Shown here: in pieces, positions 35,725 through 45,493 of the stretch
Layout of the letters: each line of letters starts with the position of its first letter
Position numbering within the stretch: the stretch's first letter is position 1
Sequence record: OU509535.1
Length of the DNA: 64,000 bases
Strand: one strand, 5' to 3'
Made by a program: the position numbers and the translations under genes
Notes under the pieces: generated by a model
What the model was told of the DNA's origin: nothing
The model's input: the letters and a program-made list of their open reading frames with translations, nothing else
The model's database searches: none

Positions 35725-36225
35725 ATGGCTAAACTGAATTCTGTTGTTGTTGCTCTGATCGCTGGTGATATCGCTGCTCTGAATGCTTCTTTCGCGTCGG
35801 TATCGATGGAAGATATGAAAACTGTTCGTAACAACTTTAACGATTTTTACTCCAAATTCAAAGCTGCAAATGAAGCGGCGGAAGCGGCTGCAAAAGAGCG
35901 TAAAGCACAGATCGAAACCGAAACTAAAGAACTGGTAGACGCCCTGGTAGCTGCTGGCCTGGATCTGGAAATGGCCGCCGAAGTCGCCAGCCAGAAAATG
36001 GCGGTGAAATATCCCGAACTGGCTCCGAAGTCGGGAACTGGTAAAACCTGGTCGTTTGAAACCGTATTCGTTAACGTTGACGGTGAAAAACTGGAAATTG
36101 GCACCAAAGGCAACAAAGGCAGTATGAAAGCACTGGCGGCGGCACGCGAAGCAATTGCCGCTGGCAAATACAAAGATCGTGCTGAATGGATCGCCGCTCA
36201 CGCCTGGACTGAAACCGAAGCGTAA
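35725..36225 (+). CDS. putative H-NS/StpA-like N-terminal domain protein
   Basis: SMEDMKTV..AAEAAAKERKAQIE..LVAAGLD resembles H-NS TLETLEEM..AAAAEVEERTRKLQ..LIADGID; strongly host-optimal codons; C-terminal H-NS TWTGQG motif absent. Confidence 0.45.
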   Translation: MAKLNSVVVALIAGDIAALNASFASVSMEDMKTVRNNFNDFYSKFKAANEAAEAAAKERKAQIETETKELVDALVAAGLDLEMAAEVASQKMAVKYPELAPKSGTGKTWSFETVFVNVDGEKLEIGTKGNKGSMKALAAAREAIAAGKYKDRAEWIAAHAWTETEA

Positions 36226-36246
36226 TAATTCAGTACTGTAATAATT

Positions 36247-36277
36247 AGCCTCCTGTAATTAGGAGGCTTTTTATTTT
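36247..36277 (+). terminator. intrinsic terminator
   Basis: agcctcct-gtaatt-aggaggct + T run. Confidence 0.9.
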
Positions 36278-36367
36278 GTTCAAAAAAATATTTTAATTTA
36301 TTTTTTGAACGAACTCGAAAAATCAGCTATAATAATAAAGGGTGTTAATTACAGAGACCCCCCATAG

Positions 36368-36420
36368 TGTTCGCTACGCTCACATAATGATCTTACTCGT
36401 TGCACTCGTAAGATCATTAT
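36368..36420. repeat. 13-bp inverted repeat with GTGCAA-containing loop
   Basis: ataatgatcttac-tcgttgcactc-gtaagatcattat. Confidence 0.8.
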
Positions 36421-36842
36421 CCAATCGGCCTTTGGCTATTTCTTTTTGATTTCCTACGGAAACCAAACGAAACCACCAGCAAAGGCAGATCCCATTATTT
36501 GATTTAGTTAGTACTGCAATGAATTAGTTTAATCGCACTACAAAGCAATCAATCCCTTTTGTAATAGCTCACAGAACGCAATAAGACGCGTTTAAATGAC
36601 TTCCCTATGTAATGCCATTCCTTTTTAATAAGTCCTCTTAAAACGCGTTACAGTGCGTTATACGGAGTTTAATAATACTCATCATTTCTTTTTCAAAAAG
36701 TACTTGCATTAATGATCCAGTACTGCAATAATGTACTTCACTGAAACGCAGTAGCGAAGTAAGTAAATGCAAATAAGTACTTGACAAAGTGTTGTAGTAC
36801 TGGCATAATGAATACATCAAAACGATTAAGGAGAAACACCAA

Positions 36843-37316
36843 ATGTTAAAACTTCATAAAGTACTTGATAACGCAGTTGTGACCGACTTTTTCCTGTCTC
36901 TTAACAACGAACCGAAAACAGCGAAGGAAATTGTTTTGAGTGGTTACATTGCCAGCAAGTCAGAGATCGCACATTTGGAAAGTGCTTTCAAGTCCGGCGA
37001 TGAATTGTATCGAAAAATGCAAAATACCATCGAAGATTTGCAATATATCAATTTACGTGATATTGTAGACAACAAATTGGATATTTCAGAAGAAGCACGC
37101 GAAAACCTGGTAAGTAAATTATGTTACCGCTGCCGAACTGCAAAATGGAATCGAATTCGTAGTATTATTACTTACGATTTAAGTAATATCGATTCCAAAT
37201 CAATTCTTGAACGTATGTTATTAAATTTACAAAGCAATGAGTGGTTTTATACCGCCGCTCAATCTCATAGCGAAGAAATTGCATATATTCGTGATTATGT
37301 AATTTACAGCAAGTAA
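36843..37316 (+). CDS. hypothetical protein
   Basis: ORF track; AAGGAG RBS. Confidence 0.85.
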   Translation: MLKLHKVLDNAVVTDFFLSLNNEPKTAKEIVLSGYIASKSEIAHLESAFKSGDELYRKMQNTIEDLQYINLRDIVDNKLDISEEARENLVSKLCYRCRTAKWNRIRSIITYDLSNIDSKSILERMLLNLQSNEWFYTAAQSHSEEIAYIRDYVIYSK

Positions 37317-37389
37317 TTAATAATTGATTAGCCATCATTAAAGCTGGTGGCTAATAGAATATTAATAACCTGTTAGGAGAATAATCTTT

Positions 37390-37659
37390 ATGAAAGGTAT
37401 TAGTACTTTAATTGATAAAAACACTCATGTAAGACGTTCAATGATTGCCGTATCACTGGCTAAAGTTGTTGCAAGTGGTTATCTGGTTTTTGTTGTAGAT
37501 GGTAAATTGCAAGAGCGTTCAATTGCATTTAGTACTAAAGAAAATTGCCGTTATATTGTATTCAAGAAAGAAGCATACAAGATAGATTTACCAGCGAAAC
37601 CGATCTCCGGCGGTTACAATGTTGAAAGCCTTTATGAAAGGCCACCGTATACTGCGTAG
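37390..37659 (+). CDS. hypothetical protein
   Basis: ORF track; AGGAG RBS. Confidence 0.8.
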   Translation: MKGISTLIDKNTHVRRSMIAVSLAKVVASGYLVFVVDGKLQERSIAFSTKENCRYIVFKKEAYKIDLPAKPISGGYNVESLYERPPYTA

Positions 37660-37913
37660 AATCGATTTTGAGCGGCTTTAATGAAATATAGGGTATCAGT
37701 ACTGATACCCGTTTAAAACAGTGTAGGAGTGATTCTGTGAAGCGTGAACAAGCTTTATTGACGCCTGAAGAGGCAAGACGCTATGAAATGTTTTCAAACC
37801 AGGAAACGATCAAAGCGGCACAATATAATCCGGTTGCTTGTACAGTACAAAGAAAGAATTTTGTACTAAATGAAGTAGAAAGTATTATCAAATCAAATAA
37901 GGAGTAAAACGCT

Positions 37914-38186
37914 ATGCAAAATAACCGTCCAATGATCCGCAACATGCTTTTCGTATTCCAGAAAAAAGTTAATGTAACTTCGGTAAATGGTGAACGTAAA
38001 TTAAATGCAGCATTCGCCAAATATACCCAAAGCAAAAACATCCATTACTTTTATCTTACTCTGAATGAGTTTAATGATCTGGTAAAAGAAATGTTTGTCA
38101 GTACTGAAATTGTTGCACCTGTAAGCACTGATATCATTCTAAAAGAATGGGAAAGTTTTTACAAAAGTTCTGTTGTAATCGCTTGA
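37914..38186 (+). CDS. hypothetical protein
   Basis: ORF track; AAGGAG RBS. Confidence 0.8.
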   Translation: MQNNRPMIRNMLFVFQKKVNVTSVNGERKLNAAFAKYTQSKNIHYFYLTLNEFNDLVKEMFVSTEIVAPVSTDIILKEWESFYKSSVVIA

Positions 38187-38240
38187 CAACATAATCCAGT
38201 ACTGGCATAATAACTACATAGACCACAAAGGAGAAACATA

Positions 38241-38420
38241 ATGGAAACTGTAATTGCTACTACCAAAATCAATGGACTGGATAATGAAGTTTCATTGATC
38301 CATGACGGTAACGAATATGTTGTGTCATATGGTATCTATAAAACCTATCATGACGCTATCAATGAAGCTTTTGAGGATTATATGAAAGCAATTGAAATTG
38401 CTTATGATGATTATCGTTAA
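38241..38420 (+). CDS. small acidic hypothetical protein (59 aa, not in track)
   Basis: AAGGAG RBS, own promoter. Confidence 0.7.
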   Translation: METVIATTKINGLDNEVSLIHDGNEYVVSYGIYKTYHDAINEAFEDYMKAIEIAYDDYR

Positions 38421-38503
38421 AAGTACTTGCATAATTCTTTCAGTACTGTATAATGTATTATATCAAAGGGAATGAATGATTCATTCCCACATAACCAGGA
38501 GTA

Positions 38504-38866
38504 ATGACTATGTTTGATAAAGTTTTATTTTCTGATAACACCTCTGAAACCGAGATCCCGGAAGCGGTAAAAGCTTTTGCTCAATTAGTTGCCCAGCGTC
38601 AAACTGATAATTACGACGGGCCTTATTCTTTTCTTACTGAGATTAGTAAAGGCAAAAAGTTTATTAAACTTATTCGCCGCGAGAAGTGGAAAGATAACGG
38701 ACAATTAACAGGCGGATCGGTATTTGCCTTTATTGATCCCGATGGTAACATTTACAAATCAGCGACAGCTAAAGCACCAGCTAAAGGCATTCGCGGAAAT
38801 GTTAACATCAACGGCGGCGGCGATGCAATCGGGCGTGATGGTTATATTCGTTACTTTCGTAATTGA
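38504..38866 (+). CDS. conserved phage hypothetical protein
   Basis: GKKFIKLI..SVFAFID.DGNIYKSA..KAPAKGIRGN motif. Confidence 0.8.
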   Translation: MTMFDKVLFSDNTSETEIPEAVKAFAQLVAQRQTDNYDGPYSFLTEISKGKKFIKLIRREKWKDNGQLTGGSVFAFIDPDGNIYKSATAKAPAKGIRGNVNINGGGDAIGRDGYIRYFRN

Positions 38867-38917
38867 CAAATCTTTACAAATCCAGGGGTTGACTTCGGTC
38901 GCCCCTTTTGTTATTAT
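38863..38917 (+). promoter_or_regulatory. CpxR-like half-match plus terminator/promoter fusion cassette
   Basis: TTGACAAATCTTTAC then ggggTTGACttcggtcgccccttttgtTATTAT. Confidence 0.7.
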
Positions 38918-38923
38918 ATATTC

Positions 38924-38975
38924 ATACCACAGAGCAAGTGGTTTAGCCCACAGGGTGCCGAGATGTATCTATAGT
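38924..38975 (+). ncRNA. small non-coding unit (conserved family)
   Basis: accac-agagcaa-gtggt; GCCCACAGGGTGCCGAGATGTATCTATAG. Confidence 0.7.
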
Positions 38976-39105
38976 TTAATGATTTGAAGTACTGAAAAAT
39001 AATTATAAAAAGTACTTGCTAGACGTGAATTCTTTTAAGAATTCACTTGTATTTGTGATTCAGTACTGCTATTATATATTCATACCAATTAAGGAGATTA
39101 TCCAA

Positions 39106-39264
39106 ATGAATACACAATATGTGCCGGTGATGAATATCACTATCGGAAATGGAAAAGGTATGCATCGATTCAGTACTACAAAGAGTTATACTCAGCGTAC
39201 ATTAGAATCGTGTGCAATTACTAAATGGCAAATCAAACATTACTTCACTACGGACAAGAAATAA
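39106..39264 (+). CDS. small hypothetical protein
   Basis: start moved to ATG after AAGGAG. Confidence 0.65.
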   Translation: MNTQYVPVMNITIGNGKGMHRFSTTKSYTQRTLESCAITKWQIKHYFTTDKK

Positions 39265-39376
39265 TGATTGTAAAAGTATTGACAACGATAATTCAGTACT
39301 GTATCATAACTGGTGTAGCGTTCGTGTTAGCAGTAGCTATAGTGTTTAGTACTGTAATTGTATTGGGGAATGTATT

Positions 39377-39682
39377 ATGATTAAAAATATTGAATCATTT
39401 GATAAAGCATATCTTTATACCAGTACCTTTCGGAATAGCGATGGCGATCCGGTTGAATTTAAAAATGTAGTACTGCTCCGGCCAGGGTTCGATATTATTC
39501 ATATCTGGAATTCATGGAATCAGGCGGCGGGCAATCGCTATACTATTGATAAAGAAATTTCAATAGAAGAAGCGTTGAAACTCCCATCATTACCGGATCG
39601 TTTATCACTGGCTAGTCGTGTGGAACTGGTAGGTGATACCGCACAATATATCACGCATGAGTATGAATTTAAGTACTTATAA
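39377..39682 (+). CDS. hypothetical protein
   Basis: ORF track. Confidence 0.75.
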   Translation: MIKNIESFDKAYLYTSTFRNSDGDPVEFKNVVLLRPGFDIIHIWNSWNQAAGNRYTIDKEISIEEALKLPSLPDRLSLASRVELVGDTAQYITHEYEFKYL

Positions 39683-39768
39683 GTGTTGACAACACGATTC
39701 AGTACTGTATAATGTATTACATCAAAGGGGATACATAGTGTATCCCTGAATTAACAGGAGTAAACCAT

Positions 39769-40017
39769 ATGTCTAGTATCGTTATCAATGAAACCTTATT
39801 ATCTGTTACCTATGACAATGACAGTGTTTTTCCGGGTAAAGATTATGGGGACGAAATTCCCGTAAAAGTTGAACTCGATCAAAGTGTCGGTAATTCCGAT
39901 GATATTAAACGCACTATGGTAGTTAAAATCGGTGATATCACTTTATTACCTAGTGATATTGACTATATCAAAAGTATGATTGATCGTGCAAATAGTATTG
40001 CCGACACTTTCAAATAA
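39769..40017 (+). CDS. hypothetical protein
   Basis: ORF track; AGGAG RBS. Confidence 0.8.
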   Translation: MSSIVINETLLSVTYDNDSVFPGKDYGDEIPVKVELDQSVGNSDDIKRTMVVKIGDITLLPSDIDYIKSMIDRANSIADTFK

Positions 40018-40110
40018 GTACTTGACAACTGATTTCAGTACTGTATAATGTATTACATAGAAAAGAGATTCCAGTACTGGAATCTCTAAGATAACCCCAG
40101 GAGATTAAAA

Positions 40111-40299
40111 ATGGCAGTAGTATACGGTTATATCAGCAACTATGATTTGACTTTCCGGGAAGTCGGTACTGAATTAGGTGCAAAGAATGCAGCAACGCGA
40201 AACGGCTCAACCCGTGTGGGATATCGCAGTAGTATTAATAATATGTATATTGAAACGCATATCCGCAACGATAAAAAGGGTAAATGGGAAAAAGTGTAA
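40111..40299 (+). CDS. hypothetical protein
   Basis: ORF track; AGGAG RBS. Confidence 0.8.
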   Translation: MAVVYGYISNYDLTFREVGTELGAKNAATRNGSTRVGYRSSINNMYIETHIRNDKKGKWEKV

Positions 40300-40309
40300 T
40301 CTAATTCCA

Positions 40310-40324
40310 TTTACAAATCTTTAC
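40310..40324. promoter_or_regulatory. CpxR-box-like site
   Basis: TTTACAAATCTTTAC upstream of promoter 40336-40364. Confidence 0.5.
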
Positions 40325-40370
40325 AAAACCAGTACTTGATTTAATTATTGAGTACTGGTATTATATATTC

Positions 40371-40418
40371 ATTGGCAGATAAGCCGTAGCCCACAGGGTG
40401 CCGAGGTGTATCTATAGT
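40371..40418 (+). ncRNA. small non-coding unit (conserved family)
   Basis: ggc-agataa-gcc; GCCCACAGGGTGCCGAGGTGTATCTATAG. Confidence 0.7.
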
Positions 40419-40689
40419 TTATTGAATTGAATTACAGAAAAATATTTCTTGCATAATTCATTTCTTATGTTATAATAGTAATCACATAAATTAATTGGAG
40501 TGAACAAAAATGTTATTAGATTGGCTCAATACTTTATCCCCTGCTGCTGGACGTCGCTGGGCTATCGGCTCGTCGGTTGCCATCGTTGTAGGCGTCATTG
40601 TACTTTTAGTGATGATTTTCTAAAAAGTACTTGCTTTAATGATCCAGTACTGTATAATGTACTTATACCAAATAACAGGAGTAAAACCG

Positions 40690-41046
40690 ATGAAAGATGT
40701 AACTTTACCAGTAGTTCAAACTAACTTTGAAAACCAATTCCTGGCCGAAGTATTCAAGATTGATAATGGCGTTGTATCAATCAATTACGGTTTCAATAGC
40801 GGTGGTTATGAAAAATTCATTTATTTCGTTACTGCCGATGGTGGATGCCTGGCAATTGATACGGTACTGAATGAATTCAGTAAAGTAGATTTTAATGATG
40901 ATAATGATCCTCAGTGGTATATCGTCGGCTATGACGTGAACTATGAAGATGAAGATCTTTATGATGATCATACTAATCAAAAAATTGAATCAGCTTGGGG
41001 TGATATTGAGGACGATTATCAGTCAGTCCCCGAGGATTTTGAATAA
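40690..41046 (+). CDS. acidic hypothetical phage protein
   Basis: start at ATG after AGGAG; GGY..FVTADG..IVGYDVNYED motif. Confidence 0.8.
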   Translation: MKDVTLPVVQTNFENQFLAEVFKIDNGVVSINYGFNSGGYEKFIYFVTADGGCLAIDTVLNEFSKVDFNDDNDPQWYIVGYDVNYEDEDLYDDHTNQKIESAWGDIEDDYQSVPEDFE

Positions 41047-41076
41047 AAAAACACTGGCATATACAGGGGAATAAAA

Positions 41077-41232
41077 ATGATCATCGTACTATCAGAGAAA
41101 GAAAAGAAATTAGTTCTTTCAGTACTGAAAGAATATCCCAGAAATATGCGGGAGCCGTTTGAAACAAATGGTGAATTCGAAGAGCATTTAAACGATATCG
41201 ATTTATTGATATCCAAGATCGAATCACAATAG
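41077..41232 (+). CDS. small hypothetical protein (51 aa, not in track)
   Basis: AGGGGA RBS; LSEKEKKLV resembles MILSKEE genes. Confidence 0.6.
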   Translation: MIIVLSEKEKKLVLSVLKEYPRNMREPFETNGEFEEHLNDIDLLISKIESQ

Positions 41233-41391
41233 TGATGTACTGTAAAACGTCCTGTAATCGATTATGGGACGTTTTAAGGAATAGCACTATGATTTATTCA
41301 GTACTGTAAAAAAACGCTTGTAAATTGATTCCAGTACTGTATAATGTTTTACATAGGAAAATTATTCTCCCCATTATTAGGAATAAAGAAT

Positions 41392-41619
41392 ATGTTTTAT
41401 CTTGGAACTGTTAAAGAAAATTCGAATGTAATTGAGGCGTCATTGATTTGTACTAATAATGAAGTCGCTGGCTATGATTTTGCAAAAGAGCGATTCATGA
41501 AATATTACACTGGTGATAATTCAGTGTCATTCGATTTTGAACGTATCGGTGATGGTGTTACAATTATGAAATTTGAAGATCTCCCTGAAATCGATTTTGA
41601 TTTTGTCGTTACACTGTAA
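41392..41619 (+). CDS. hypothetical protein
   Basis: start moved to ATG after AGGA. Confidence 0.7.
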   Translation: MFYLGTVKENSNVIEASLICTNNEVAGYDFAKERFMKYYTGDNSVSFDFERIGDGVTIMKFEDLPEIDFDFVVTL

Positions 41620-41717
41620 AAAAGTACTTGCATAATTCTTTCAGTACTGTATACTGTACTTATACCAAACAAAAGCAAATGGAATCAGTACTGATTCCCT
41701 GTAAAGGAGATAGACCA

Positions 41718-41969
41718 ATGTCAGATCGTATCACTCGCAAAATGGTAGCAGATAAAGTTGCTGGGCTGAATCTTGCTATTGACCGTCGTGGATTACCTGA
41801 AAAATATCAGGTAGTACTGGAAGATGGTAAATTCAATATTGAATTACAGCCGTCTCATGTTTATACTAATCCAAAAGTAATACAAAAGGATTTGAGTACA
41901 CGAGAAGCATATTTTTATCTGAAAGGTATGTTTCAAATTCTTCTCGACAATGTACCACATAAAGATTAA
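41718..41969 (+). CDS. hypothetical protein
   Basis: start moved to ATG after AAGGAG. Confidence 0.8.
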   Translation: MSDRITRKMVADKVAGLNLAIDRRGLPEKYQVVLEDGKFNIELQPSHVYTNPKVIQKDLSTREAYFYLKGMFQILLDNVPHKD

Positions 41970-42070
41970 AGAAAAAGGGGAGACAACAAGTCTCCCTTTT
42001 TTGTATTCAGTACTAAATTATATAGATACATTTATGCACCCTGTGGGTTAGTAGCTTGTTCTGCTTTATG
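41968..42070 (-). ncRNA. complete ~100-nt small RNA gene (conserved family)
   Basis: minus TTGACA-17-TATAAT (42076-42104); agc-agaacaa-gct; ACCCACAGGGTGCATAAATGTATCTAT; ends in terminator. Confidence 0.7.
41974..42002. terminator. bidirectional intrinsic terminator
   Basis: aaaaggggagac-aacaa-gtctcccttttt. Confidence 0.85.
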
Positions 42071-42195
42071 TAGTAATTATATGATAAAGCTGGTGGCTTG
42101 TCAACACTTATTTTAAAATAAAAAGTACTGAATAGTACTTGCAAAAAGTATTCAGTACTGTATAATGTTTATATTGAGATTAAGGAGTACTTACT

Positions 42196-42735
42196 ATGTT
42201 AATCAAAATGTATCACGGTTCTAATAATTTTGATCACCGCCAGGGATATCTGGGTGGAAAACCTGGCAATTTTCATATGGGTTTTGGACTATATCTAACT
42301 AACTCTTATCGCTGGGCTGATAATTATGGGCGACGTCATTATGAGTTAGATTTAGATATTTGTAGTACTGGTGCCGCACATAATGTATGGATTCCTACTA
42401 AACACTTTATGGAATTCATAAGAGTATATTGTACTAAAAAGTTTTATACAATGTGCTGTAAAGAATTTAAAGACCGTGAATCTTTGAATGTAGAACGCGT
42501 TGAATTGCTTATTATCAATATGGAAAGGCACGTTACGAAAATCGCTAAACCATTTGCTGAATTCGTCGCTGCCTGGGGTTGCACGCATAGTATTGAAATA
42601 TCCGGTAACTATGGTGGTGTTTGCGTGCGGCTTTATGATTTCAGTACTATAAAGAATTGTATCATAAGCCAGGAAACGCAGGATTTTTATTATCCAGATG
42701 AATTGACAAGATATCCTCAAAAAAACTTGTATTAA
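42196..42735 (+). CDS. putative ADP-ribosyltransferase-fold protein (H-Y class)
   Basis: YHGS near N-terminus and GFGLYLTNSYRWADNYG, the PARP/DUF3990-like signature. Confidence 0.55.
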   Translation: MLIKMYHGSNNFDHRQGYLGGKPGNFHMGFGLYLTNSYRWADNYGRRHYELDLDICSTGAAHNVWIPTKHFMEFIRVYCTKKFYTMCCKEFKDRESLNVERVELLIINMERHVTKIAKPFAEFVAAWGCTHSIEISGNYGGVCVRLYDFSTIKNCIISQETQDFYYPDELTRYPQKNLY

Positions 42736-42785
42736 TGATTCAGTACTGATATAATGTATTAAATTAATCAGGAGGAATATCTTAA

Positions 42786-42914
42786 ATGAATAACCGTCAA
42801 TTGATGATCGATGCATCTCGTTTTCGTTCAAAAGAAGAAAAGAGAAGTTGCATTAAATGGGTTTTGTCAACTTTCATTATTGGATTACTTATTGTTGCTT
42901 TTGTTTATAGTTAG
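42786..42914 (+). CDS. small membrane peptide (42 aa, not in track)
   Basis: GGAGG RBS; hydrophobic C-terminus. Confidence 0.55.
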   Translation: MNNRQLMIDASRFRSKEEKRSCIKWVLSTFIIGLLIVAFVYS

Positions 42915-42999
42915 TACTTGACAATATAATCCAGTACTGTATAATGTTTATCAAAGGGAATGAATTATTCATTCCCAAAATAATCAAAGGAGTTTTACC

Positions 43000-43224
43000 A
43001 TGATCTATATTATCAAAGTATCCACGACCGTAGGAAAATCAGAAGTTGTGGCTGTTATCACTTCCCTGGAAGCGAAAGATCTTCATACCCCGTTTAATGT
43101 ATGGGTGGAGGATAATTTCGGCCAATTCAGTACTGCTGAATATATCGAACAATTCGCCGTCCCGGATACTGGTAAAATCAAAGTGGATCGTATCCTGGAT
43201 TTTGATAACAGTAATTACTTTTAA
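43000..43224 (+). CDS. hypothetical protein
   Basis: ORF track; AAGGAG RBS. Confidence 0.8.
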   Translation: MIYIIKVSTTVGKSEVVAVITSLEAKDLHTPFNVWVEDNFGQFSTAEYIEQFAVPDTGKIKVDRILDFDNSNYF

Positions 43225-43310
43225 AAACGTTTGACAACTGATTTCAGTACTGTATAATGTTTATCAAAGGGAATGAATTATTCATTCCCGATTAATCAAA
43301 GGGGTTTATC

Positions 43311-43457
43311 ATGAAAGAGTATATCTTTGAAGTAACTTTCACCTTTGGCCCGCACCAACTGATCCGGTCTTCTGGCTACAACCGCGAACAAGCATTCAGC
43401 AACCTTCGCCGTATGTACCCCAATGTCGTGACCTGGGTCAAGTGTGAAGAAGCATAA
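43311..43457 (+). CDS. small hypothetical protein (48 aa, not in track)
   Basis: AGGGG RBS, own promoter and 5' hairpin. Confidence 0.65.
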   Translation: MKEYIFEVTFTFGPHQLIRSSGYNREQAFSNLRRMYPNVVTWVKCEEA

Positions 43458-43537
43458 AATAATTAGTCAGTACTATTGACAACGGGTGATAGTACTGCTA
43501 TAATTATTTTAACTTATACGGAATGGAGTTAAAACAA

Positions 43538-43774
43538 ATGTTCAGTGTCAGCAAACAAGGCGACAAATTTCTGGTTCAATACCATCATTTTGATCTGGTA
43601 TACACTCAGCCAGATTGTGTATTCAGTACTCAGGAAGGTGCTGAAAAGCACAAAAAAGCCTTGATCGAAAATAGCAACAGTGGTACATTAGATTTCATCC
43701 AACAGTACTGGAATGAATCTAAGCTGGTGGACGGTTATTCCAACACAGTTTATTATGTAGGTATCACTGATTAA
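43538..43774 (+). CDS. hypothetical protein
   Basis: start moved to ATG after GGAG. Confidence 0.75.
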   Translation: MFSVSKQGDKFLVQYHHFDLVYTQPDCVFSTQEGAEKHKKALIENSNSGTLDFIQQYWNESKLVDGYSNTVYYVGITD

Positions 43775-44052
43775 TCGGGAGTACTGTTAATGTATATGCC
43801 AATTATCATACCGTTAGCAGTACTGTTAATCGCCGCCGTTATCTGCGAACAATATCATTTGTTAGGAATGTAAACTATGATTCAATGTGAATTGTCAGTA
43901 CTGATCACGCTGTTCTATATGTTGGGGCAAAAGAAACAAGATATTTCTGGTGATAATGCATTATTGTATCAATCATTAGACCAATGGCAACGATCTGAAT
44001 TAAGCAATGCATGGGCGAAAGGTTACAACGATAGTACTGCAAAATAATTTAA

Positions 44053-44089
44053 AAAAGGGGTTGACTTACGTCAGCCCTTTTGTTATCAT
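44053..44089 (+). promoter_or_regulatory. terminator/promoter fusion cassette
   Basis: gggTTGACttacgtcagccctttt-gt-TATCAT. Confidence 0.75.
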
Positions 44090-44095
44090 TAGTAC

Positions 44096-44145
44096 ATAGC
44101 AAGAACAATGCTCAAGCCCACAGGGTGCCGAAGTGTATCTATAGT
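44096..44145 (+). ncRNA. small non-coding unit (conserved family)
   Basis: agca-agaacaa-tgct; GCCCACAGGGTGCCGAAGTGTATCTATAG. Confidence 0.7.
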
Positions 44146-44233
44146 TTATGTAGTACTGAATCATTAATTTTCTTGACAATTGGTTTAGTACTGGATATAA
44201 TAGCCGCCATTGAATACAGGAGGATTTTAAAAA

Positions 44234-44500
44234 ATGGCCTATCATACACCACATAGACACTTCATTGATAAACGCGGTATGGCTTTTAAAGCAATGAGTG
44301 ACAATCGTAACACACAAATGTACTTTAAAGATATGACGTTAGAAGAAGCTATTGAAGCTGTAAGGAATGATCGTAAGCTTTCCAAGAAAGTTGCATCAGT
44401 ACTTAATGCTTTTTGGTTTGAACGTACTACCAACAAAGAATACAAAGAAAAGATGATTGCACTTGGTAAAGTAGTAAGAGAAGAAAAATTATATCTTTAA
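44234..44500 (+). CDS. hypothetical protein
   Basis: ORF track; GGAGG RBS. Confidence 0.8.
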   Translation: MAYHTPHRHFIDKRGMAFKAMSDNRNTQMYFKDMTLEEAIEAVRNDRKLSKKVASVLNAFWFERTTNKEYKEKMIALGKVVREEKLYL

Positions 44501-44751
44501 GTACTTGACTATGTGATTCAGTACTGCTATTATATATTCATACCAATTAAGGAGATTAACCAAATGAAACAAGCTAAATTTAATTCAGAAATCAAAGCTG
44601 CAAAAGCACATAAAGTACAGTTAGTAGTACTGGCTATTGTATCAATCTTTTTGCTGTGCAACATCGGCTAAAATAATTATTACAGTACTATTGACAACAC
44701 GTGATAGTACTGGTATAATTACTTTACCAAATCAAAAAGGAGTAACCAAAA

Positions 44752-45027
44752 ATGCGGATTAAACTTACCAGTGATGAGATTCATTCAGTACTGACTACCA
44801 ATATGCAGGACTGGAAAAAGTACGCTGATATCGAAGAAGTCCAGGAACTCAATGATGATTTGAGTGTAGATGAAATTATCACTATTTGCTCATCTCAATT
44901 CTTTGATGATATCAATGATGAAGAGCAAGATGTATTTGATATCATGGATAAACATTTTATTGCGTATGATGTTTTTCCGTACACTCGCCAGGCTTATATT
45001 CTTATTCACAACATTTACAACAAATAA
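44752..45027 (+). CDS. acidic hypothetical protein
   Basis: ORF track; AAGGAG RBS. Confidence 0.8.
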   Translation: MRIKLTSDEIHSVLTTNMQDWKKYADIEEVQELNDDLSVDEIITICSSQFFDDINDEEQDVFDIMDKHFIAYDVFPYTRQAYILIHNIYNK

Positions 45028-45039
45028 GGAATAATAATC

Positions 45040-45405
45040 ATGGAAAAAGAATTTAGAATCAAATACAATATCAGTACCGATGGCGGTTTTGAAGTACCAG
45101 AAGAAGATCAAGAACGTCTTAATGATGTTATTATGATTGACATTTCAAATAAAATCATTCAAGGCTACCGCGAAGGCGAATTGTGTGAATCGTTGATGGA
45201 TCAATTCAATGAAGTGGAAACGTTTTATCGTGGCTGGTGGAGTATCGAAGAAGTTCACAAAGTACACGAATACCGTGTATTCTGGATTAACGGCGTTAAT
45301 GATATCGAAGATATCATTGTAAAAGAAAGTAGTGAATCCGCCGCCATTCAGTACTTTAAAGATCACTACCCCAATAAACGTTATCACCATTTAGAAAAAA
45401 TTTAA
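45040..45405 (+). CDS. acidic hypothetical protein
   Basis: ORF track; AAGGA RBS. Confidence 0.8.
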   Translation: MEKEFRIKYNISTDGGFEVPEEDQERLNDVIMIDISNKIIQGYREGELCESLMDQFNEVETFYRGWWSIEEVHKVHEYRVFWINGVNDIEDIIVKESSESAAIQYFKDHYPNKRYHHLEKI

Positions 45406-45493
45406 AAAGTACTTGACACCTAATATCAGTACTGCCATAATATACACATCAAGGGGAGAATAGTTCTCCCCACCATAAAAGGAGTATAATACT

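Noticed and set aside
40631-40638. T4 MotA box (TTGCTTTA, also near 31708 and 49334)
   Set aside because: It sits exactly at the -35 position occupied by TTGACA/TTGCAT in sibling promoters, so it is more simply a -35 variant. No MotA was seen in the window.
29614-40724. Alternative-frame + strand ORFs (e.g. 14547, 24391, 27534, 29614, 38724, 40500, 43046, 50075)
   Set aside because: They overlap better-supported genes or promoter/repeat DNA and lack RBS.
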